Shown: positions 21,567 through 30,269, counted from the stretch's first letter. The stretch: 32,000 nucleotides of DNA from Candidatus Iainarchaeum sp. (GCA_030649345.1 JAUSKK010000038.1:30001-62000), one strand, 5' to 3'. Made by a program: numbers and translations. The notes: generated from the sequence alone by a model not told the origin.

Positions 21567-21992
21567 ATGGATTTGCGTGTTTTGGTTTTTGGTACATTTG
21601 ATGGTTTGCATGCTGGTCATTTGGTATTTTTAATGCAAGCCAAGAAATTGGGAAACAAACTAATTGTGGTTTTGGCGCGGGATTTAACTGTGGTTAAATT
21701 AAAAAAAATGAAGCCTTTGCGTTCAGAAAAAGTGCGTGCTTTGTTTTTGAAAAACTTGCCTTTTGTGGACCAAGTTGTTTTAGGCAAAGATTTTTTTAAA
21801 GACAAACTTAAAATTGTTAAAGAAATTAATCCTTCCATAATTGCTTTAGGGTATGATCAAAACGTAAATATGTCTGACCTGAAAAAAGAATTGAATTTGC
21901 GCAGTATGTTTCCTAAACTGGTCCGGTTGAAACCGTTTAAGAACAAAATTTTTAAAACCAGAAAACTCAGAAAAATTTTATTTCAAAATTAG
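21567..21992 (+). CDS. ribL: RibL-type FMN adenylyltransferase (archaeal FAD synthetase; cytidylyltransferase fold)
   Basis: Starts at ATG 21567 ('MDLRVLVFGTFDGLHAGH...'). The nucleotidyltransferase motif 'GTFDGLHAGH' is followed by 'VVLARDLTVVKLKKMKPL', 'VDQVVLG' and 'IIALGYDQ', which match the RibL layout as I recall it. The 56 upstream codons of the track ORF overlap the divergent CYTH gene and have no counterpart in the RibL fold. Confidence 0.75.
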   Translation: MDLRVLVFGTFDGLHAGHLVFLMQAKKLGNKLIVVLARDLTVVKLKKMKPLRSEKVRALFLKNLPFVDQVVLGKDFFKDKLKIVKEINPSIIALGYDQNVNMSDLKKELNLRSMFPKLVRLKPFKNKIFKTRKLRKILFQN

Positions 21993-21994
21993 TT

Positions 21995-22414
21995 TTATTT
22001 TTTGCGTTTTCTCATTTCTTTGGGTTTGTGTTTTGCGTGTGTTTGTTGTAAGTCAATTACAAATGCATGTTGTAAAGCTTCTCGTCCTAAAAGTACGGGG
22101 TATCTAAACTTGCTTCGGTCACTGACTGTCATTTCTACTGCTTCTTTTTTGCCTTTGATTTCCAGCCAGCCTTGGACTACAATTCGTTTAAGTCTTTTGT
22201 AAGCGCCCTCACTTTTTTTGACATGAATTACTTTTACAATTGGCCCCAATCCTGCTTTGGCGGCAATTTCCATATCTACAGTTGTTCGCGAGCTTCCAGT
22301 ATCTACTAAAGCATAGGTTTTAATGGTTTTAATTTGTCCAGTGATTTTTACGGGTTCAATTAATCCAATCACTGGCTTGTTTAAAATTTGTTTAGACTGT
22401 GTTTTCTTGGACAT
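21995..22414 (-). CDS. retropepsin-like aspartic protease of the RimK-associated type (Pfam 'Zn_protease'/RimB-like)
   Basis: 139 aa with 'VIGLIEPVKI', the catalytic-type 'ALVDTGSSRTTVD' (D-T-G) and the C-terminal 'RYPVLLGREAL'. It is divergent from the ATP-grasp pair. Confidence 0.7.
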   Translation of the reverse strand: MSKKTQSKQILNKPVIGLIEPVKITGQIKTIKTYALVDTGSSRTTVDMEIAAKAGLGPIVKVIHVKKSEGAYKRLKRIVVQGWLEIKGKKEAVEMTVSDRSKFRYPVLLGREALQHAFVIDLQQTHAKHKPKEMRKRKK

Positions 22415-22504
22415 ATCCTAGTTTTTAAGCTATCAAACTGTTTTTAAACTAGTTATTGGAAATTAGAAGTATACTTATTTGGGTAATTTTTTGAGGTTTT
22501 ATTT

Positions 22505-23365
22505 TTGAAAGTTTTAATTTTAATGACTGAAAAAGACTTCCATTTCAAAGCATTCAAGCAAGCTTTTCATGAACAAGGATTCAAAGTAGGTTATGCCAAT
22601 ATTAAACGTGTCAGTTTGTTTTCGAAAACTGGAAAGACAGAAATTCGGCATCCAGTCATTCATTTTGATTCCTACGATGCCGTGTATTTAACTCCGGCTT
22701 TGCAGTTAAAACAATTTATTGAACCTTTGCTTTTAGAACTGCAGGATTTAGGTATTTATGCACAATTTAATCCAAATTCTTTTTACATTAATGACAATGA
22801 AGCTTTGCAGGCTGTATTATTAAATTCGTTTAATGTTAAATTGGGAAAAACTATTTTGGTAGGCCAGCCAACCAAAATTATTCCAGCCACCCGTCATATG
22901 TCGTATCCTGTTTTGTTGAAATTGTTTAAGAATCAAAAAAAGAATTTTAGTTTATTGGTTGAATCTCAGCGTTCCCTGCAGTCCTTAAGCAAAAGTTTAG
23001 ATCCTGATTTGGATGCTGTTTTTGTAAAAGAATTTATTGAAGGTGACATTGATCATTGTTTAGTAATTGGCGAAAAAGTATACGCCATTCGCCGAAAATG
23101 GGACGGCGAGCAAGTGGTTCATTTAAACAAAGGACAAATGACCAAACTTTCCAAAATTGATTCCGATACAGCCATTCAAGCAGCCCAAATTTGCGGATGC
23201 GATATTGCTACTGTAAAATTATGCAAAGGGTATGTGATTAAAGTAGACTCGCACGTGGATATTCAGGCATTTAATAAAAAAATTGGATTAAATTTTTACG
23301 CTGAAGTTGCTAAATTGTATTTTGAAAAAATTAAAAATCAAAAACCCAGAGGGAAAAAAGAATGA
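22505..23365 (+). CDS. RimK-like ATP-grasp paralogue, apparently catalytically degenerate
   Basis: 286 aa. It starts at TTG 22505, with 'gagg' 8 nt upstream. The ATP-grasp scaffold is retained ('YPVLLKL', 'VKEFIEGDIDHCLVIGEKVYAIRRK'). The Gly-rich loop is 'FKNQKKNF', and the Mg/ATP D..E.N positions read 'KLCKGYVIKVDSH'. Confidence 0.6.
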   Translation: MKVLILMTEKDFHFKAFKQAFHEQGFKVGYANIKRVSLFSKTGKTEIRHPVIHFDSYDAVYLTPALQLKQFIEPLLLELQDLGIYAQFNPNSFYINDNEALQAVLLNSFNVKLGKTILVGQPTKIIPATRHMSYPVLLKLFKNQKKNFSLLVESQRSLQSLSKSLDPDLDAVFVKEFIEGDIDHCLVIGEKVYAIRRKWDGEQVVHLNKGQMTKLSKIDSDTAIQAAQICGCDIATVKLCKGYVIKVDSHVDIQAFNKKIGLNFYAEVAKLYFEKIKNQKPRGKKE

Positions 23366-24300
23366 ATTCTGCGGATATTTTGAAAAAGCCTGTGAAAAAA
23401 ACCAAGCTATTGATTATTGGTTCTCGGAGATACAAAAAATCTACTGTAAAGTCTTTGATTGAAGAAGGGAAAAAAGTATTTGATGCAGTGTTGTTTGTTC
23501 CAGTTCATAAAATTAAATTAATTATTGAAAAAAATGAAGTCAAACTTTTTTATAAAGAAAAAAATTTACTGGAATTTGCTGCCTGCTATCCTCGATTGAG
23601 TTCCAAAGATTATTATTCTGCTTTGCCGGTGCTGAAAGTCTTGGAAAATTCTAAAGTATATTGCCCAGTGAATATGCAAAACTTCATTGTTTCCAATCAC
23701 AAATATTTTACCATTCGCGAACTGGCTAAAGCCAATATTCCGGTAGTGGAAAGTTCTTTGTTTATTTCTCCAGACTCCGTGAAAGAAGCTGTAGATGTTT
23801 TAGGTTATCCTGTGGTCATTAAATTGATCAGCGGATTTGCCGGAAAAGGAGTTATGTTAATTAAAGATCAAAAACAACTGGAATCTATTTTGGATACTGT
23901 TCATTTGTTTGAAGATTATGTGTCTGCCCAAAAATTTATTGCAGACAAACAAGGCGATGTTCGTTGTTATGTGATTGGAGAAAAAGTAATTGCTGTTGCA
24001 CGGCAAGGAAAAGCTTCGGATTGGAGAGCTAATGTCAGCAGAGGCGGAACTGCGCATATCATTGAACCTTCGCTGGAATTAACTGAAATGGTTTTAACGG
24101 CAGCCAAGCTTTTTGCATTCGATATTTGTTCTGTAGACGTTATTGAAGATCCGTCTTCGCCAACCCATTATTCTGTTTTGGAAGTCAATTTTATGCCTGG
24201 CCCATTTACTTTGTTTTTAGGAAATATTATTCCCAAAGAAGTGGTTCAGTTTATGTATTCAAAAACCAGTGCTGGGAAACAAAAACTAAAACAGACATAA
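23362..24300 (+). CDS. RimK-family ATP-grasp alpha-L-glutamate ligase (intact motifs)
   Basis: 312 aa with an ATGA overlap onto the previous gene. Motifs are 'GYPVVIKLISGFAGKGVMLI', 'VSAQKFI', 'DVRCYVIGEKVIAV', 'DWRANVSRGG' and 'ICSVDVIED...LEVNFMPG'. Confidence 0.8.
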   Translation: MNSADILKKPVKKTKLLIIGSRRYKKSTVKSLIEEGKKVFDAVLFVPVHKIKLIIEKNEVKLFYKEKNLLEFAACYPRLSSKDYYSALPVLKVLENSKVYCPVNMQNFIVSNHKYFTIRELAKANIPVVESSLFISPDSVKEAVDVLGYPVVIKLISGFAGKGVMLIKDQKQLESILDTVHLFEDYVSAQKFIADKQGDVRCYVIGEKVIAVARQGKASDWRANVSRGGTAHIIEPSLELTEMVLTAAKLFAFDICSVDVIEDPSSPTHYSVLEVNFMPGPFTLFLGNIIPKEVVQFMYSKTSAGKQKLKQT

Positions 24301-24400
24301 CTTGGTTTTTTTTGCAAAAATAAAAACAAACCTGAAATAGGCTTTTTCTTGCATTTGCATAGTTTTTTAAATTAATTTAGTATCAATTAACTAATCATTT

Positions 24401-24405
24401 GGAGG
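24401..24405 (+). promoter_or_regulatory. strong Shine-Dalgarno site (GGAGG) for ORF 24412-25110
   Basis: 'ggagg' lies 6 nt upstream of the ATG. The A/T box 'ttttttaaatta' (24364-24375) lies further upstream, which implies a leadered mRNA. Confidence 0.55.
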
Positions 24406-24411
24406 CTTTAT

Positions 24412-25110
24412 ATGAATAAATCTTTTTTAACCGTTGGCTTATTGTTGGTCATAGCTTTGTTGGTATTTGGTTGCACGAATTCAACTACTTCAACTACTGG
24501 TTCTACTGGAACTGGTGTAAGCAATCCTTTGACTGCGTTTGCTCAAACATTTAGTAATCAAGCACCGGCTGGTTTTTCAATTACGTATAATATGAATTTA
24601 ACTGGAACTCAAACAAGCAATTCTGTGTATGTTAGTCAAAATAAATTCAGAACAGACAGTACCTTTAATGGTGTTCAAACTCGAGTCATTGTCACGGATG
24701 CTATTGCTGCTGTATGCAATCAAGAAAATAGTGTATGGCAATGTGTTGAAACTCCTGCTACTCCAGAAGAAAAACTGCAAGTCTATAATTCAACTTCTTT
24801 AAATCAAGCACAATTGGATGAATTGAATAAATTCCAAATTACGGAAGCTCCTTCTAGAACTGTTTTAGGAATTGCTGCAAAATGTTTCAATATGTCTAGG
24901 ACAGACGACAATGATACACCGGAAACAACCGATGACGAAACTGTTACAGGTTTAACGTGTTATCATCCGAATGCATTTGTAACCTTGTATTCTGAATTGA
25001 ATACTTCACAAGGCAATTTAGTTCAGGAAGCAACTGCTGTAAGCTTAACTGCTCCAGCAGATTCAGAATTTGCTTTGCCAGCTGCATTAACCAGCCAGCC
25101 AACGGAATAG
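24412..25110 (+). CDS. secreted lipoprotein-like protein (paralogue of 26684-27460)
   Basis: The signal peptide and Cys 'LLLVIALLVFGC' are followed by the Thr/Ser/Gly linker 'TNSTTSTTGSTGTG' and a globular domain with conserved Cys ('AAKCFNMS', 'LTCYHPNAF'). It ends 'APADSEFALPAAL'. Confidence 0.7.
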   Translation: MNKSFLTVGLLLVIALLVFGCTNSTTSTTGSTGTGVSNPLTAFAQTFSNQAPAGFSITYNMNLTGTQTSNSVYVSQNKFRTDSTFNGVQTRVIVTDAIAAVCNQENSVWQCVETPATPEEKLQVYNSTSLNQAQLDELNKFQITEAPSRTVLGIAAKCFNMSRTDDNDTPETTDDETVTGLTCYHPNAFVTLYSELNTSQGNLVQEATAVSLTAPADSEFALPAALTSQPTE

Positions 25111-25140
25111 AATTAACTATTCAATAGAATTATTTGCAGT

Positions 25141-25186
25141 GGAACAGAATAAACTGTTCCTAGTTTTCTTTTTTTATTTTTTTAAT
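25141..25186 (+). terminator. hairpin plus oligo-T terminator after ORF 24412-25110
   Basis: A perfect 7-bp stem 'ggaacag'-aataaa-'ctgttcc' (25141-25160) is followed by 'tagttttctttttttattttttt'. Confidence 0.55.
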
Positions 25187-25292
25187 TAATTTTTTGTTTT
25201 TTTAAAATTAGATTTTTGTTAATTGGAATTTGTTTTTATTTTTTAAGTTCTATTTTAAAAATTAGTTTTTTGAATTTTTAGTTTTTTGCGAA

Positions 25293-26564
25293 TTAAACTT
25301 TTTTAATTAATTGCATTCGTTCTGCTCCAATTCCAATTAATTTAATGGGAACATTTAATTCGTGTTCAATGAATTCAACATATTTGCGTGCACTTTGCGG
25401 TAATTCGTAATAGTTTTTGATTTCATTTGCATTAAAGTCAAATCCAGGCAAAGTCAAATAATCGGGTTCGCATTTTCCTAATTCTTGAATGGTTGCAGGC
25501 AAATCATGCAGACAAGTTTCTCCTTTATGATAACCTGTGCAAATTTTAATTTCCTTTAATCCAGACAATACATCTAATTTGGTTAAAGCAATTTCGCTGA
25601 CATTGTTTAATCTTCTGGCAGTTCTTAATTGCACTAAATCTAACCATCCCACTCGTCTAGGTCTTCCAGTGGTTGTTCCAAATTCGTTTCCTTTGGTTCT
25701 AAGTTCTTCTTCTAAAGATCCGTTCATTTCTGTAATAAATGGTCCAGAACCAACTCGGGTTGTATAGGCTTTAGCTATTCCAATTACTTTATCAATTACA
25801 TTCGGGCCTAAACCTACTCCGACCAATGCATGCGCTGCCAAAGGATGAGAACTGGTCACAAACGGATAAGTTCCAAAGTCATTGTCTAAAAAAGTTCCTT
25901 GAGCGCCTTCAAATAAAATTTTTTTATTATTTCGCAAAGCATTATCTAACAATAAAGAAACATCTCCCATAAAAGGCTTGATTTTTTTTCCATATTCGAC
26001 ATATTCTTTGAGTAAATCTTCTAATTTGAGTGTATCTTGGACACCATATACTTTTTCTAAAATTGCTTTTTTGGTTGGCAGAATTTCTTTTAATTTTTCT
26101 TCCAATCTTTTTTCGTCAATAATATCTTCAATTCGAATTCCTGTACGAGAAGCTTTGTCTGCATAACAAGGGCCAATGCCTCGTTTGGTGGTTCCAATAT
26201 TTCCAACACCGCTTTTGGTTTCCACAACTTCATCTAAAAGAATATGGTACGGCATGATGACTTGCGCGCGAGGATCAATGACTGCATTGATTGAATCGAA
26301 ATTTTTTTGAGCAGTTTCAATTTCTTGAATTAGTCCTTGCGGATTAATGACCATGCCGGCTCCCAGCATGACTTGTTTTTTTTGAAGAATTCCAGAAGGA
26401 AGTAAATGAAACTTGTATACTTTGTCTCCAACCACTACAGTATGCCCTGCATTGTTTCCGCCTTGATAGCGTACCACAATATCGGCATCTTTAGCAATAT
26501 GGTCGGCAATTTTTCCTTTGCCTTCATCGCCCCATTGCAGGCCTACAATAATCCAAGCTGACAA
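25293..26564 (-). CDS. purA: adenylosuccinate synthetase
   Basis: 423 aa with 'GLQWGDEGKGKI', 'GGNNAGHT', 'IGTTKRGIGP' and 'GTTTGRPRRVGWLD'. It starts at TTG 26564. There is no in-frame ATG before the upstream stop. Confidence 0.93.
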   Translation of the reverse strand: MSAWIIVGLQWGDEGKGKIADHIAKDADIVVRYQGGNNAGHTVVVGDKVYKFHLLPSGILQKKQVMLGAGMVINPQGLIQEIETAQKNFDSINAVIDPRAQVIMPYHILLDEVVETKSGVGNIGTTKRGIGPCYADKASRTGIRIEDIIDEKRLEEKLKEILPTKKAILEKVYGVQDTLKLEDLLKEYVEYGKKIKPFMGDVSLLLDNALRNNKKILFEGAQGTFLDNDFGTYPFVTSSHPLAAHALVGVGLGPNVIDKVIGIAKAYTTRVGSGPFITEMNGSLEEELRTKGNEFGTTTGRPRRVGWLDLVQLRTARRLNNVSEIALTKLDVLSGLKEIKICTGYHKGETCLHDLPATIQELGKCEPDYLTLPGFDFNANEIKNYYELPQSARKYVEFIEHELNVPIKLIGIGAERMQLIKKV

Positions 26565-26671
26565 ACAGGTTCCCTTCAGAATTTTAGTTCCAACTGGCTT
26601 TTAAAGCAAAGCGTTTTTTGTAAAGAAATCTTTTTAAAGAACAAATTCCTATATTTTGTATACTTTTTAAT

Positions 26672-26676
26672 GGAGG
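26672..26676 (+). promoter_or_regulatory. strong Shine-Dalgarno site (GGAGG) for ORF 26684-27460
   Basis: 'ggagg' lies 7 nt upstream of the ATG at 26684. Confidence 0.55.
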
Positions 26677-26683
26677 TAATTCA

Positions 26684-27460
26684 ATGAATTTTAAATCAAT
26701 TCTAATCATGGCTTTTGTTGCCTTGATTATTGCAGGATGTACTCAACCGCCTGCCAATGGTGGAACTGGAGCTAATGCAGGAACTGCAGGCAATGGTGCT
26801 GGTGCAGCCGGCGGAGCTAATGGAAATGGAGTAGCTCAAGAAATTAGTCAATTGGGAAGTGCTCCAACAGATTATTGTATAACGTATACTACTGGAACAA
26901 ATACTGAAGCCTATGGTGGCGGATCATTTGATGCAGTTGTTGAATATTGTTTAAAAGGAACTGACAAAGTTACCAATATAAGCTTTGGCGGCGGAACTCC
27001 TGGAACACCCGGTGCAGCTCCTGAAATTGTAATGACAAATTATTGTTTGCAAAATGGAACTGTAGCTAAGACTTGCGGTTCAGGTTATTGTTCGGATGAT
27101 TCAAGCGGTTGTAGTGGAATGGAAGAACCTTTTGCTACTGCAAACTGGAATGAATCTGACTTAATGTATTACAAGAAAACAGCAGACCGAACTGTTGCAG
27201 GTGTTCAAGCTAAATGTTATTCTGTGAATTTGAATGAATTAGCTCAACAAGCAGGAGCCAATATTGGCGGAGAAACATTGCCTGCTGGATCGGATCGAGT
27301 GGAATTTTGTTTCCATCCGCAATACAAACAATTTTTGTATTATGCTTTTGGTCCAACAACAGTACAAGTTACTAATTATGTAACTCCTGCGCCGGCCAGC
27401 AAATTTGTTTTGCCTGCAGATACTGGTGCAGTTGATCCGTACGGAACTCAAACAGGTTAA
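26684..27460 (+). CDS. secreted lipoprotein-like protein (paralogue of 24412-25110)
   Basis: The signal peptide and Cys 'FVALIIAGC' are followed by a Gly/Ala/Asn linker and a Cys-containing globular domain ('VQAKCYSVN', 'VEFCFHPQY'). It ends 'APASKFVLPADTG', which parallels the other copy. Confidence 0.7.
   Translation: MNFKSILIMAFVALIIAGCTQPPANGGTGANAGTAGNGAGAAGGANGNGVAQEISQLGSAPTDYCITYTTGTNTEAYGGGSFDAVVEYCLKGTDKVTNISFGGGTPGTPGAAPEIVMTNYCLQNGTVAKTCGSGYCSDDSSGCSGMEEPFATANWNESDLMYYKKTADRTVAGVQAKCYSVNLNELAQQAGANIGGETLPAGSDRVEFCFHPQYKQFLYYAFGPTTVQVTNYVTPAPASKFVLPADTGAVDPYGTQTG
26747..26833 (+). repeat. low-complexity Gly/Ala/Asn linker coding region
   Basis: It encodes 'PANGGTGANAGTAGNGAGAAGGANGNGV' directly after the lipobox-like Cys. 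The DNA is made of reiterated gga/ggt/gct/aat units. Confidence 0.7.
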
Positions 27461-27469
27461 ATAGTTTAG

Positions 27470-27510
27470 AGAAAAGAGCTTTGGCTCTTTTCTTTCTCTT
27501 TTATTTTTTT
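27470..27510 (+). terminator. hairpin plus oligo-T terminator after ORF 26684-27460
   Basis: A perfect 10-bp stem 'agaaaagagc'-tttg-'gctcttttct' (27470-27493) is followed by 'ttctcttttattttttt'. Confidence 0.6.
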
Positions 27511-27547
27511 AAATACTCTTTTAAATTCTTCTATTCCCTAAGGTTTT

Positions 27548-28975
27548 ATGTTGCGTGCCTTAACTTTTGATGATGTTCTTCTTCTGCCGCAAAAATCTGA
27601 TATTTTACCCAAAGATGTTTCTTTGCGCACTAAATTAACGAATAATCTTGAACTCAATATTCCATTAATTACTGCTGCCATGGATACTGTGACTGAAGCC
27701 AAGACTGCGATTGCGATCGCCAAGCAAGGTGGAATTGGAATTATTCACAAAAATATGAGCATTGAAGCTCAAGCTGAACAAGTGGCTAAAGTAAAAAGGT
27801 CCGAAGCATTGATTGTAGAAAATCCAGTGACTGTTGCTCCCAATCAAACTTTGGCTGATTTATGGTTTATTAAAAAATCTCAAGGAATTTCTAGTTTTCC
27901 GGTAGTTCAAAATGGAAAATTAGTTGGCTTGGTTACCAATCGAGATATTCGTTTTGAAAGCAATGGTTTGAAAAAAGTTTCTGAAATGATGACTAAAGAT
28001 TTAGTTACTGTAAATAAAAAAGTTGGAGCCAGTGAAGCGATTGAAATTTTACGCAAAAATAAAGTAGAAAAATTGCCCATTGTAGACAAGCAAGGAAAAT
28101 TGCAGGGATTAATTACCAGTACAGATATTTTAAAGAAACAAAAATATCCAAATACTTTGACAGACCATCAAGGAAAATTACGCGTTGGAGCTGCCATTGG
28201 TCCAAAGGATTTTGACAGAATTGAAAAACTAATTTCTGCTGGAGTAGATGTAATTGTTTTAGACACTGCGCATGGTCATTCTTTGAATGTGATTAATGGA
28301 ATTAAAAAAATTAAAAAAGAATTTCAAATTGAATTAATTGCAGGAAATGTTGGAACTGCTCAAGGGGCTAAAGATTTATTGAATGCTGGCGCGGATGCTA
28401 TTAAGGTAGGAATTGGCCCGGGCGTAATTTGCACTACTAGAATTATTACTGGCTGTGGTGTTCCGCAGTTAAGTGCAGTGCAGGCTTGTGTGAAAGCTGT
28501 AGGTGAAGATATTCCTGTTATTTCAGACGGTGGAATTCGTTATTCGGGTGATATTGTAAAAGCTTTGGCTGCTGGTGCTTCGAGTGTAATGATTGGTTCT
28601 TTGTTTGCTGGCTGTGATGAAACTCCAGGTAAACTAATTTATTTAAACAATCGAAAATTCAAACAATACAGGGGCATGGGTTCCCTGGGGGCAATGATCG
28701 AAGGTTCCAAGGATAGGTATATGCAAGCTGATGTTATGGATAAAGACAAATTAGTTCCAGAAGGAGTAGAAGGAATTGTTCCATTTAAGGGAACTGTGGC
28801 TGAAGTATGTTTTCAGTTATTGGGCGGCTTAAAAGCCGGAATGGGAATGCAGGGTGCCAAAAATATTGCAGTATTGCAAAAAAATGCAGAATTTATAGAA
28901 TTAACTTTTGCCGGATTAAAAGAAAGCCATCCGCATGATATCAAAATCACAGAAGAAGCACCGAATTACTCGTAA
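27548..28975 (+). CDS. guaB: IMP dehydrogenase (with CBS pair)
   Basis: 475 aa with '[10 protein letters not shown]', '[12 protein letters not shown]', a CBS-pair insert, 'VLDTAHGHS', the catalytic loop '[11 protein letters not shown]' and 'YRGMGS'. Confidence 0.95.
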   Translation: MLRALTFDDVLLLPQKSDILPKDVSLRTKLTNNLELNIPLITAAMDTVTEAKTAIAIAKQGGIGIIHKNMSIEAQAEQVAKVKRSEALIVENPVTVAPNQTLADLWFIKKSQGISSFPVVQNGKLVGLVTNRDIRFESNGLKKVSEMMTKDLVTVNKKVGASEAIEILRKNKVEKLPIVDKQGKLQGLITSTDILKKQKYPNTLTDHQGKLRVGAAIGPKDFDRIEKLISAGVDVIVLDTAHGHSLNVINGIKKIKKEFQIELIAGNVGTAQGAKDLLNAGADAIKVGIGPGVICTTRIITGCGVPQLSAVQACVKAVGEDIPVISDGGIRYSGDIVKALAAGASSVMIGSLFAGCDETPGKLIYLNNRKFKQYRGMGSLGAMIEGSKDRYMQADVMDKDKLVPEGVEGIVPFKGTVAEVCFQLLGGLKAGMGMQGAKNIAVLQKNAEFIELTFAGLKESHPHDIKITEEAPNYS

Positions 28976-28983
28976 ATTTTTTA

Positions 28984-30183
28984 ATGTTTATGTCTTTTTC
29001 AAAAATTGAGTCTGCAGTCAAAGATTTGAAAGTTGGAAAAATTATTATTGTTGTAGACGACAAAAATAGAGAAAACGAAGGAGACTTTGTTTGCTCGGGC
29101 CAGAAAATTTCTCATCAAAAAATTAATTTCATGATCCAGCATGGCCGCGGTTTGGTGTGTGCTCCAGTTTCTGAACAAATTGCTTCTCAGTTTAATTTAT
29201 TTTTAATGACCAATCCAAGAGATTCCATGCATACCCGTTTTACAGTTTCCATTGATTTAAAACAAGGCACCAGTACAGGAATTTCTGCAGATGATAGATC
29301 TAAAACCATTCAAGCTTTATGCAATACTTCCTTAAATGAGCAGGCTTTTTCTAAACCAGGCCATGTGTTTCCTTTAATCGCACGACCTGGAGGAGTACTT
29401 CAACGAGCCGGTCATACTGAAGCTTCGATTGATTTATTAAAATTAGCTGGCTTGAAAGAGGTTGGAGTTATTTGTGAAATTATTAAAGATGACGGAAAGA
29501 TGGCCCGCTTGCCTTTTTTGAAAAAATTTGCATTAAAACATAAACTGAAAATTATTTCCATTGAAGACTTAATTCAATACAGGCTGTCTCAAGAACGTTT
29601 AGTGGAAAAAGTGATTACGACTACTTTGCCAACTGAATTCGGCGAATTTCGAGCCATTGGTTTTCGAGACACTGTCATGAACGGACAATATTTGGTTTTA
29701 GCTAAAGGCAGTCCAGAAAATAAAAAAAATGTATTGGTTCGCGTTCATTCAGGCTGCATGACTGGTGATGTTTTTTTTTCCAAGAAATGCGATTGCCGGG
29801 AACAATTAACTGAAGCCATGAAACGAATTCAAAAAGAAGGTCAAGGAATTATTTTATATATTGCTCAACACGAAGGCCGAGGAATTGGTTTATTGAATAA
29901 ATTAAAAGCCTATTCTTTGCAAGAACAAGGCTATGATACTGTGGAAGCCAATCAAGAATTGGGATTCAAAGCAGATATGCGGGAATATGGAATTGGAGCC
30001 CAGATTTTACGTGAGCTAGGCTTAACGTCCATTCGTTTGCTTTCGAATAATCCGAAGAAAATCATTGGCTTGAATGCCTATGGTTTAAAGATTGTAAAAC
30101 AAATTCCATTAACCATTAAGCCCAATAAATACAATGCCAATTATTTGAAAACCAAGAAAACCAAATTAGGGCATTTGATGTAA
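28984..30183 (+). CDS. ribBA: bifunctional 3,4-dihydroxy-2-butanone-4-phosphate synthase / GTP cyclohydrolase II
   Basis: 399 aa. RibB half: 'VVDDKNRENEGDFV' and 'RAGHTEASIDL'. RibA half: 'VRVHSGCMTGDVF...CDCREQL' and 'HEGRGIGLLNKL'. It begins 8 nt after guaB. The ATG at 28990 is an alternative start. Confidence 0.93.
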   Translation: MFMSFSKIESAVKDLKVGKIIIVVDDKNRENEGDFVCSGQKISHQKINFMIQHGRGLVCAPVSEQIASQFNLFLMTNPRDSMHTRFTVSIDLKQGTSTGISADDRSKTIQALCNTSLNEQAFSKPGHVFPLIARPGGVLQRAGHTEASIDLLKLAGLKEVGVICEIIKDDGKMARLPFLKKFALKHKLKIISIEDLIQYRLSQERLVEKVITTTLPTEFGEFRAIGFRDTVMNGQYLVLAKGSPENKKNVLVRVHSGCMTGDVFFSKKCDCREQLTEAMKRIQKEGQGIILYIAQHEGRGIGLLNKLKAYSLQEQGYDTVEANQELGFKADMREYGIGAQILRELGLTSIRLLSNNPKKIIGLNAYGLKIVKQIPLTIKPNKYNANYLKTKKTKLGHLM

Positions 30184-30269
30184 TGCTTTTTTTTTAAATA
30201 ACCTAATTTTAGATATATTTATATATTTAGGTGACGTAAATATGTAATTAAGTGGTGTAAGGTGGTTTT

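Noticed and set aside
25537-28089. Short ORFs antisense to purA (25537-25767, 25978-26166), to the second lipoprotein gene (27239-27451) and to guaB (27538-27723, 27665-27847, 27907-28089)
   Set aside because: All are embedded antisense in longer, well-supported genes, and none has start-site signals.
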